This document shows, piece by piece, positions 8,256 to 15,679 of a stretch of DNA of 64,000 bases. The notes below the pieces were generated by a model. The model saw only the letters and a list, made by a program, of their open reading frames with translations. It ran no database searches and had not been told where the DNA came from. The DNA is from a virus. Numbering within the stretch: position 1 is the stretch's first letter; each line of letters opens with the position of its first letter. The stretch is taken from the IMG/VR virus record IMGVR_UViG_3300019776_000961, positions 32,001-96,000 of that record; one strand, given 5' to 3'. The position numbers were made by a program, and so were the translations under genes.

Positions 8256-8540
8256 GTGGACGAAGATATTAAATCAATCTTCGTTGCTGAATCACTCGAG
8301 CAACACGTTTATTATTGGTTTAAGAAGATCGATGATGAGGGCAACTCCACACTTGCACGGGTTGAGTCCTGGCGCAAACATCGCGGACCGTTTGTTAAGG
8401 ATAGAGACGATCTACGTCAGCTAGCAAAGATAATTCACGAAGGTAATAAAGAGGAAGCATGTAGCTGGATCGATAATGTTCTCGCAGATTCAGCGAAAGA
8501 GCTAGTACCTGATGATGTTTATGAGTATCTCGGACGATAA
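8256..8540 (+). CDS. hypothetical protein
   Basis: 94-aa ORF with GTG start, tightly packed in the operon. Confidence 0.6.
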   Translation: MDEDIKSIFVAESLEQHVYYWFKKIDDEGNSTLARVESWRKHRGPFVKDRDDLRQLAKIIHEGNKEEACSWIDNVLADSAKELVPDDVYEYLGR

Positions 8541-8670
8541 GTTTATTTTTCCTACACCTGAGGATAAAATATATTATAAACAGCTGTATGACAAGTATAA
8601 TCCAAAAGTCGAGTTGTACAATAAACCTTATCGTCCAAAAAAGAAATTCTTTAAGAAAAAACCAAGATAA
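8521..8670 (+). CDS. 49-aa basic hypothetical protein
   Basis: Manual translation MSISDDKFIFPTPEDKIYYKQLYDKYNPKVELYNKPYRPKKKFFKKKPR; TAATG coupling to the next gene. Confidence 0.5.
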   Translation: MSISDDKFIFPTPEDKIYYKQLYDKYNPKVELYNKPYRPKKKFFKKKPR

Positions 8671-8894
8671 TGAAATTTCTTGTTATTTTATTATGTATAT
8701 GCTTGCCGTCCTTTGCAGATACTAATAATATAACGCCTAATGCAATAAAAGTACCAATTGAATTGATTAATGAAAATCTCCAAAAAAATTACAACTTACA
8801 AATACATAAGGAAGCAAAATTAACCGGGACCATTTTAATCGACTACAATAGCAATTTAACAAGAACGTACACCGTACTTAAAATCGAATTTTAA
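8670..8894 (+). CDS. small protein with signal peptide
   Basis: MKFLVILLCICLPSFAD signal-like N-terminus. Confidence 0.55.
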   Translation: MKFLVILLCICLPSFADTNNITPNAIKVPIELINENLQKNYNLQIHKEAKLTGTILIDYNSNLTRTYTVLKIEF

Positions 8895-8895
8895 T

Positions 8896-9504
8896 ATGAA
8901 CGAAGACAAATTTATAGCGCGTAATCATGCACTTCTTGATAAACCAAGAAAACGTAGCTGGCTACGAAAGACTCTTAACGAGAAATTCTCTATCTACGAT
9001 ATATGGGATGTATTGCCTCGACACTGGAGATATCGTTATTGGGATACTATCGGCCTTTTTATTGAGCCTCAAAACGGACGCTACCGCAAGGTAATTCCAC
9101 GTCGTTGGGCCGATGTTTCATCGCTTATAGAAACGGTAAACTTTGAATTCGTAAAAGGTTTTTACGAAGACGAATATTTGGACGGTACTGTTAATTGGGA
9201 TGCATTTCCTGAACACCGTGAATTTGCTGATTGGCTTGAAGCTACGTACAAATACATTACAATAGAGCGGCCACAGCTCGAGAAAGACCTTGAAAACGCC
9301 TATCCACCGTCACCTCCGATTGAGGAGTGGTTTGTACCGGTTGAGGACCCTATTAAGGGCGGAAGAGTCTTTAAAATGAAAGATGACGGTTTAACCTATG
9401 AAGAAAAATACGGTGAAGTAAATCGTATTGAAGCTATTATTGACAAAAAGGATACTGAAATTTTAGCTGAAATTGTTAAGCGCAGACACTTCTTCTGGTC
9501 ATGA
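8896..9504 (+). CDS. hypothetical protein
   Basis: 202-aa ORF with ATGA coupling to the next gene. Confidence 0.7.
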   Translation: MNEDKFIARNHALLDKPRKRSWLRKTLNEKFSIYDIWDVLPRHWRYRYWDTIGLFIEPQNGRYRKVIPRRWADVSSLIETVNFEFVKGFYEDEYLDGTVNWDAFPEHREFADWLEATYKYITIERPQLEKDLENAYPPSPPIEEWFVPVEDPIKGGRVFKMKDDGLTYEEKYGEVNRIEAIIDKKDTEILAEIVKRRHFFWS

Positions 9505-10322
9505 TAATTTATACGACATCTGCCAGTCGCTACTTCCCTTATATTAAGGATAAGTTTCGAGAAAAATATAAAGGTATCGGTTATTCAGCAGAATTTTTAA
9601 ACTGCGATTCAGATACAGAGTGGCAGGGCTTCCATCTTGGTTGTGGGAAGGTCCCTGAGTATATTACATCAGCTGATAGTATTGCTGAAGCGTATAGGGA
9701 ACGTCGTTCTCTCAAACATATAGACGGAAAGAATTATCATTACTTTGATAGTGAGATAAGAGATAACTATGAACTTGTGTACGGTATTTTAGATGTTGAG
9801 AGAGTTTATAAAGAGCCTGGTGACTATGCTTTTAGCACAATCATGCACCCTATTGATAAGGTCTATGAAAATTATTACTATATCTGGCATATTTTAAATG
9901 TAAAAGGCTTTCATAATATACCTGAACACGATGCAAAGTATTTTAGAGATCTACTCATTGCACAAGGCGGTGGTGACACACTCGAGCACTTTATTGATGT
10001 CTTTATTGAATATAAAGGGTTGATTAAGTTTTTCGGAAATTCAACATGGTGCCGAAGTGCTGCTATACAAACAGCGACTGCGGATGGTAATTGTGATTTT
10101 GTTGGTGTAGTTGATAATCCTCTCAATATTCTCAAGACGTTTCAATTTCTTAATTCTAAATTTGGTGTTGAATTACAAATAACCGATGCACTACCTCGTT
10201 ATACAAAAATTGAGGAGTATTGTAGTCAAAATACCTATAGGCGTAGAGAGCTTGAAAAAATCTTTGAGAGAGAGCTGTACGATTACTACGCAATTAAACA
10301 CAAGTATGGGTTCTTAAAATGA
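9501..10322 (+). CDS. sulfotransferase-fold-like protein, paralog of the genes at 35584-38162
   Basis: IMHPIDKVYENYYY, CDFVG and YRRRELEKIFERELYDYY align with the three tandem paralogs. Confidence 0.55.
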   Translation: MIIYTTSASRYFPYIKDKFREKYKGIGYSAEFLNCDSDTEWQGFHLGCGKVPEYITSADSIAEAYRERRSLKHIDGKNYHYFDSEIRDNYELVYGILDVERVYKEPGDYAFSTIMHPIDKVYENYYYIWHILNVKGFHNIPEHDAKYFRDLLIAQGGGDTLEHFIDVFIEYKGLIKFFGNSTWCRSAAIQTATADGNCDFVGVVDNPLNILKTFQFLNSKFGVELQITDALPRYTKIEEYCSQNTYRRRELEKIFERELYDYYAIKHKYGFLK

Positions 10323-11185
10323 AAAGGTTAATTATTGATGGAAATAATCTTGTACACAGAGCTTTCTGGGTATCAAAAAACCAGCCAGTGTTTAACGAGC
10401 ATTTTCATATTCATTTGTTCCTCAGCTCAGTTAAAAACTATATCAATACTTACAAGCCTGATGTAGCGTATTGTGCGTGGGACGAAAAGCAGGACTATAA
10501 AATTAATAAGCGTAAGGAACTTTTAACAGAGTATAAAGGCAATAGAGATAAAGAACGTAATACAGAAGTTCATAGTAAGAATTACATTATCAAGGAGATG
10601 CTCGGTTATTTGGGTATACAAAACGTATTTCCGAAGTCATATGAAGCAGATGATGTAATGGCCATCTTTCATCACCTCTACCCTACCGATAAGAAGACAA
10701 TTATTACAGTAGATAAGGATATGTGTCAACTTATAGATGAAAATACTATTGTCTTTGATCCTATTAGAAAAATAGAGTTTAATTTAAGCAATTTCGAGGA
10801 GCATGTTAAATGTAAGCACGAGGATTTTGTAAAAATTAAGGCACTCACTGGCGATAAATCAGACAACATACCAGGCATTAAGGGTTTTGGTAAGGTCAAA
10901 ATAGCCAAATACCTAAACGGAGAGTATTCATTGACAGACGAAGAGCAATCACTGTTTGAATATAATATGAAGCTTGTTAATTTGTCGCTTACACTTGATG
11001 ATAGTGATGAAGTAGATTTTGTAAAAGCGCAGTTTGACAAGATACAGGAAGTTGATATCGGATCCTTTAAGCAGAAGTGTATGGATTTAGATTTTCATAA
11101 AATTTTAAAGGATTTTGATAGTTGGAATAATATCTTTGTTATGAGAACTAAATTAGCAGCTGCTATTGACTTTTTATTGCACTAA
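10319..11185 (+). CDS. rnh: T4-type RNase H / 5'-3' exonuclease
   Basis: IIDGNNL, WD, YKGNR, YEADD, TVDKDMCQL, LTGDKSDNIPGIKGFG. Confidence 0.92.
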   Translation: MKRLIIDGNNLVHRAFWVSKNQPVFNEHFHIHLFLSSVKNYINTYKPDVAYCAWDEKQDYKINKRKELLTEYKGNRDKERNTEVHSKNYIIKEMLGYLGIQNVFPKSYEADDVMAIFHHLYPTDKKTIITVDKDMCQLIDENTIVFDPIRKIEFNLSNFEEHVKCKHEDFVKIKALTGDKSDNIPGIKGFGKVKIAKYLNGEYSLTDEEQSLFEYNMKLVNLSLTLDDSDEVDFVKAQFDKIQEVDIGSFKQKCMDLDFHKILKDFDSWNNIFVMRTKLAAAIDFLLH

Positions 11186-11233
11186 ACTACTTTCATATAA
11201 CAAAGATGTAATTTTGTCCGATTAAATATTAGT

Positions 11234-11449
11234 ATGGAAGTACTAAAGTTTGATTCAAACGTAATAAAGTGGCATGGTTATTATAATAATTCCGAGGAGG
11301 GTCAAAAGCATCTCGAAGAACAGGTAGCTATATATGCAAAAACAAAGCGCATAGTAAGCGCAAAGAAAGTATTAGTAAACAGAAAGTTACACGGATTATT
11401 TCTTTTTAGATTTACAGTTATTGTGGCTCCGCTTGAACTTCAAGGTTAG
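11234..11449 (+). CDS. hypothetical late protein
   Basis: 71-aa ORF, TAAATA 5 nt upstream. Confidence 0.55.
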   Translation: MEVLKFDSNVIKWHGYYNNSEEGQKHLEEQVAIYAKTKRIVSAKKVLVNRKLHGLFLFRFTVIVAPLELQG

Positions 11450-11466
11450 TACCCTATAATCATAGT

Positions 11467-12111
11467 ATGAAGGTTTATCTCGACATGGATGGTTTACTGG
11501 TCAATTTATTTGATACAGTAGCTATGGGAATGGTCGGAAAACATTACAAGGCGTTGACAGAACAAGAAAAAGAAAAGACTCGACAAATTTGGAGAGATCG
11601 TGAAGGTGCAGCAAAGGAGTTCTTTAATAGACACGGTGGGGTTGAGAAATTTTTTGCAGATTTACCTAGTTTTGGTCCTCTAACAAAAGCTATTATTGAT
11701 ACCGTTGTTAGAGAAGCAGGTGGTTATAGTATATGTTCATGTCCTGCAAGCATCGACCGTAAGGGTTCAGAAGCCGGGAAGAGAATTTGGATTCATAAGC
11801 ATTTAAACCCGCTGCCAGACGAAATGTCGTTTGTAACAAATAAAGCGGTAAACGCTATTAATAAAGAAACGGGTAAGCCGAATGTTCTTATAGATGATTT
11901 TCCACCCTATATAAACAATTGGAGAAATGCAGGTGGCATTGCAATAGAAATGAGAACAGATAGTTTTAATAGTCCCGAACAAGTTAGAGAATATTTAACA
12001 AAAGAATTAATTGCAGCAAGAGACCGAGTTAATGGTACAATAAAAGAGTCTGCGTTTAACAGTTTAGTAAATTCCTTGTTGCATTTCTATATAGCTTCCT
12101 TTAATATATAG
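11467..12111 (+). CDS. HAD-family 5'(3')-deoxyribonucleotidase-like protein
   Basis: YLDMDG, GKRIWI, VLIDD...NI..W..AGG.AI. Confidence 0.75.
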   Translation: MKVYLDMDGLLVNLFDTVAMGMVGKHYKALTEQEKEKTRQIWRDREGAAKEFFNRHGGVEKFFADLPSFGPLTKAIIDTVVREAGGYSICSCPASIDRKGSEAGKRIWIHKHLNPLPDEMSFVTNKAVNAINKETGKPNVLIDDFPPYINNWRNAGGIAIEMRTDSFNSPEQVREYLTKELIAARDRVNGTIKESAFNSLVNSLLHFYIASFNI

Positions 12112-12169
12112 AAATGCGCCATAATATTATTTATAGTCAAACAACCGATTTTTCGGTAAGGAGGTAATT

Positions 12170-12793
12170 TTGGGAATGTTCGATACAATTTACTGTAAGA
12201 AAAAGCTACCGCTTTCCAAGGAGCTCAAGAAGCTTAAGGATATAAAGTGGGAAGAGCTTGATTTTCAGACAAAGGACTTAGACTGCACTCTTACTGATTA
12301 TGAAATTACAAGGTCAGGAAAGCTTCGCGTACATAAGCATGAACGTGAATGGGTCGATGATGACAATGCCTTTCTTAAGGGATATTTGAAGTCTACTAAG
12401 GACTGGTGGGAGGATGAAACCTTTACCGGTACTATTGATTTTTATACCAGCTTGACAACAGGTCCAGAAGGTGTTAATATACTAAATGCTCATAATATCC
12501 CTGAAAATGAAGATATTCAAGGTGATGATTGGTGGGTTGAATTTACCGCAGAGTTTGTAAAAGGAAAGCTAACTGAACTTAAGCTTCTGAAGGCGACTTC
12601 TGAACCCGCTAAGATTCGCATTATGCGTGACCGTGAATGGGCTCTAGAGAGAATTGCAGAAGAGAAACTTCTTAAAAACCGAATTCGTCGTTTCTTGAGA
12701 AAGTCAAAAACCTATTGTAAGTTTACAAGGAGTCTTAATAACAATTTTCAAAAACTCTCTAGTAAGATACAACATTTTCTTATTAGACTCTGA
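12170..12793 (+). CDS. conserved hypothetical phage protein (MGMFD family)
   Basis: TTG start after SD AAGGAGG; MGMFDTIYC...FQTKDLDC.L..Y pattern. Confidence 0.7.
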   Translation: MGMFDTIYCKKKLPLSKELKKLKDIKWEELDFQTKDLDCTLTDYEITRSGKLRVHKHEREWVDDDNAFLKGYLKSTKDWWEDETFTGTIDFYTSLTTGPEGVNILNAHNIPENEDIQGDDWWVEFTAEFVKGKLTELKLLKATSEPAKIRIMRDREWALERIAEEKLLKNRIRRFLRKSKTYCKFTRSLNNNFQKLSSKIQHFLIRL

Positions 12794-12810
12794 TCTTTAA
12801 TAAATATTTT

Positions 12811-13259
12811 GGGGGCGTACTGGCTTCGACTTATACTCGAAACTTGTATTGCACGCAGTGGTTGATCACCTGGCCACTATAAAAGGTAATCAAAACATAA
12901 ATGCTAAGACTAAAGTCTCTGCAATCCTTGCCAAGGTAAAGAAGGCAGCTAACACAATCACAGAGTTCTGTCTCTGTGACGAAATGGCTCCTCTCGCTAT
13001 CGCAGCCTAAGGAACCAAAAGGGATCCTATTAAACTTTTGGAAATAATAGTAGGTAGAGTAGTACTTGTGATACTCATAAAATAAGTGCAAGGGGTGGTA
13101 TGTGGTCCTCATTCACACATACAGGTAGGACTCTAAACATGGATAGGTCGCTGGTGCCTGGTTACCTTAAGTCAACCAAAGTACGAAAGCCGGCTAAGCG
13201 TGTAGATGTACAAGCCTAACAGTATAAACACAGGGGTTCGACTCCCCTCGCCTCCACCA
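12811..13259 (+). ncRNA. ssrA: tmRNA, 449 nt, one-piece
   Basis: GGGGGCG/CGCCTCC-ACCA acceptor stem with G3-U wobble; GGCTTCGAC 5' motif; T-arm AGGGG-TTCGACT-CCCCT; pseudoknot 1; tag frame 12903-13010 ending LAIAA-stop. Confidence 0.93.
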
Positions 13260-13307
13260 ATATTTTTTACTTGCAGAAAGCATATATCTCTATATTATAG
13301 AGGTAAT

Positions 13308-13382
13308 GTTCCCATAGTGTAGCGGTCAGCACCAGCCCCTTTCACGGGCTTAGCAGGGGTTCAAATCCCCTTGGGAATGCCA
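13308..13382 (+). tRNA. tRNA-Glu(UUC)
   Basis: Cloverleaf: GTTCCCA/TGGGAAT, anticodon stem AGCCC/GGGCT, loop CTTTCAC, encoded CCA. Confidence 0.92.
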
Positions 13383-13388
13383 TTATAT

Positions 13389-13544
13389 ATGAATAAAAAA
13401 TACATAGTACAACGCTGGACCGGTAAAGGCTGGGATACTTCAATGTGCTCACCGTATATGTCTCTTCTAGAAGCACAACAACACGTTAAGCTCTATTGGT
13501 GGCATTATACGGAAATAAATCCCTGTCGAATAATCGAAGCATGA
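13389..13544 (+). CDS. 51-aa hypothetical protein
   Basis: Manual translation MNKKYIVQRWTGKGWDTSMCSPYMSLLEAQQHVKLYWWHYTEINPCRIIEA; ATGA coupling to the next gene. Confidence 0.55.
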   Translation: MNKKYIVQRWTGKGWDTSMCSPYMSLLEAQQHVKLYWWHYTEINPCRIIEA

Positions 13545-14206
13545 AGTTGAAGTATTTACTCAAGGAACTCTATCCCGGAGTTTATTTTTGTAAAATTAAC
13601 GATCTCTATGATCTTGCAATGGTTTTTTGTAGAGTTCAGGAGTTCTATGAGTCGCCGTTTAAGCAGATCCGTGGTAAAAAATTTACTCTTGTAGATTTCA
13701 TGAGAATCTATTCAAAAACTAACGGAAGCTTTACGTATCCACTTGATTGGGGTGGTTTTAACGTACCAGGACCTGTTATTGATAAACTCTACAAACTCGG
13801 TATTGATGATTATAACGTCTACGATGATCTTATTAAGAGCTTTCACGATTCTATCAATGAAAAACTAGAGCAAAAGAATCATTATTATTTGATTGGTGCT
13901 AATAATGATAAGAAGACAATTGAACACGAGCTGTGCCACGCTTTCTACTTTTTAGACGCTGATTATAGGACTGCTACAAATAATGTTCTCCGTAAACTCG
14001 GTAAATCTGTTTATAAAAAGATGACAAAAGCTCTTTTAGATGTAGGCTATTGTCAACCCGTTCTTCTGGATGAGCTTCAAGCCTATCTTATTACCGATTC
14101 ATCACTCATTGATGATAATATTAAACTTAATAAGAAGGAACTTCTCAATAAGACGAATGTTGTATTGGAATTGAAGCATTTTTATAAGAAGTATAAAAAA
14201 CTCTAA
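13541..14206 (+). CDS. hypothetical protein with HExxH motif (putative metallopeptidase fold)
   Basis: HELCH; start reassigned to ATG 13541. Confidence 0.55.
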   Translation: MKLKYLLKELYPGVYFCKINDLYDLAMVFCRVQEFYESPFKQIRGKKFTLVDFMRIYSKTNGSFTYPLDWGGFNVPGPVIDKLYKLGIDDYNVYDDLIKSFHDSINEKLEQKNHYYLIGANNDKKTIEHELCHAFYFLDADYRTATNNVLRKLGKSVYKKMTKALLDVGYCQPVLLDELQAYLITDSSLIDDNIKLNKKELLNKTNVVLELKHFYKKYKKL

Positions 14207-14220
14207 GATAAATAATAACA

Positions 14221-14856
14221 ATGCTTACCTTTGAAGAGTTCTATAATGAAATTCAAAAGACAAAATCACCTGTTGTTATCGTGGGAGGTATTCACGGCGA
14301 TGAACCAGCTGGAAATATAGCAGCTAAATCATTTGAAGATAAAGACGGTATTGTAGTTTTCTCTGACTTTAATAAAACCGGGAAGAGAAGGTTACATGGT
14401 GTAGATCCAAATAGACACTTCGACGAGGACGATTCAATACCAGAAGAAGACTCTTTATTAGAAGATATAATTAAATTAAAGCCAAGACTTGTTATATCTC
14501 TTCACGAAGACGACTCCACCGATGAAGTTTACGCTTATTGCTCACCTGGCATGAAAGATAAGCTTCAAGAAGTGTTAGTATCTCTTGATGTACCATTAGC
14601 TAAATCTGCTATTGGCGACAAAACGGATAGAGGTGTTATAACTGACGGTAAACTACCGACGAAAGGTACTTTAGAGCGCGCATTAAGAAAGAGATATATA
14701 CCAAGCTGCACCATCGAGACGCCATCAGCTGAATTATCCCTAGAAGAGCGTGTAGCTATACATAAGAAGGTAGTACTTGGCATACTCCAGCAAATGGAGT
14801 TTCATGACCGAGCTATCGATATGTCTGATATCGAAGTAAAAGAAGAAACAGAATAA
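14221..14856 (+). CDS. M14-family zinc carboxypeptidase/deacylase (AstE/AspA or MpaA-like)
   Basis: GGIHGDEPAG (HxxE), DPNRHF, ISLHED, TIETP. Confidence 0.75.
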   Translation: MLTFEEFYNEIQKTKSPVVIVGGIHGDEPAGNIAAKSFEDKDGIVVFSDFNKTGKRRLHGVDPNRHFDEDDSIPEEDSLLEDIIKLKPRLVISLHEDDSTDEVYAYCSPGMKDKLQEVLVSLDVPLAKSAIGDKTDRGVITDGKLPTKGTLERALRKRYIPSCTIETPSAELSLEERVAIHKKVVLGILQQMEFHDRAIDMSDIEVKEETE

Positions 14857-14880
14857 ATTTGCTTTTTCATATAAAGCATA

Positions 14881-14888
14881 TATAAATA
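14881..14888 (+). promoter_or_regulatory. T4-like late promoter of hsp20
   Basis: Exact TATAAATA. Confidence 0.65.
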
Positions 14889-14931
14889 ATATTGCTCAGG
14901 TGCTCAACCAGGCCTAAGGCAAACATATTAA

Positions 14932-14949
14932 CTCGCTTAACAAAAGGAG
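14932..14949 (+). promoter_or_regulatory. ROSE-like RNA thermometer hairpin over the hsp20 SD
   Basis: CTC-G-CTT pairs with AAGGAG, leaving a bulged G (UCGCU motif). Confidence 0.5.
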
Positions 14950-14956
14950 AACACAT

Positions 14957-15442
14957 ATGACAACAAACATAACACCATACACAGTTGGCAGGATCTTTCC
15001 TGCTACAGGCTCGGGATTCAGCCATCTCCCGGCTCTGTTTAATGAAACATGGCTAAGCGATGTCTTTAAGGACTTCGATAAAGCATTTGATATTCCAAAT
15101 GCTGTCTATCCTTACAACATCGTGTCAGAAACCGATCCAGACGGTAATCCACTAACCTACTACATCGAAGTAGCGCTAGCGGGCGTTGGAAAGGATAATA
15201 TTAACGTATCGGTCAAGGAGGGCAAGCTCGTGATCGCCGTTAATAAGGAAGAGGTTGAATATGATGAGACAATCCACTTCCATCGTAAAGGCATTAGCCG
15301 CAGAAAGGGACAATTGTCCTTCTCGCTTAATGACAATACGGATGTAAAGAACATCTCATCAACATACACAGACGGGCTACTACGAGTTAAGGTACCTGTT
15401 GTGAAACCGGAGGTACAAAATATCAGTATCGAGGTTAAATAG
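14957..15442 (+). CDS. hsp20: small heat-shock protein (Hsp20, alpha-crystallin domain)
   Basis: YPYNI, IEVALAG..KD.I.V, H.KGIS.R, YTDGLLRVKVP; SD AAGGAG. Confidence 0.92.
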   Translation: MTTNITPYTVGRIFPATGSGFSHLPALFNETWLSDVFKDFDKAFDIPNAVYPYNIVSETDPDGNPLTYYIEVALAGVGKDNINVSVKEGKLVIAVNKEEVEYDETIHFHRKGISRRKGQLSFSLNDNTDVKNISSTYTDGLLRVKVPVVKPEVQNISIEVK

Positions 15443-15511
15443 AGTTTAAATTAGTCTCTGGATTGAGCACCTGGAGCACTTTTTTAACTTTTTAGTCGAC
15501 TAAATAATTAT

Positions 15512-15658
15512 GTGCTTACGATAGATGAAGGCGCATTTTTGGCAATACAGATATTCATTGCTCTAATTCTTTGGTCTACATATATTTTTATTAAGTTCAT
15601 ATTTTTTACAATTAAATATTTCCGGAATTCGAGAAAAAATGCTGGAGCTCTAAAATAG
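15512..15658 (+). CDS. 48-aa single-pass membrane protein
   Basis: GTG 5 nt after TAAATA; MLTIDEGAFLAIQIFIALILWSTYIFIKFIFFTIKYFRNSRKNAGALK. Confidence 0.5.
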   Translation: MLTIDEGAFLAIQIFIALILWSTYIFIKFIFFTIKYFRNSRKNAGALK

Positions 15659-15679
15659 TTCCTTCATAATGAGGGGGTC

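Noticed and set aside
12831-13112. 93-aa minus-strand ORF
   Set aside because: It is antisense to the tmRNA, with no promoter, RBS or protein motif.
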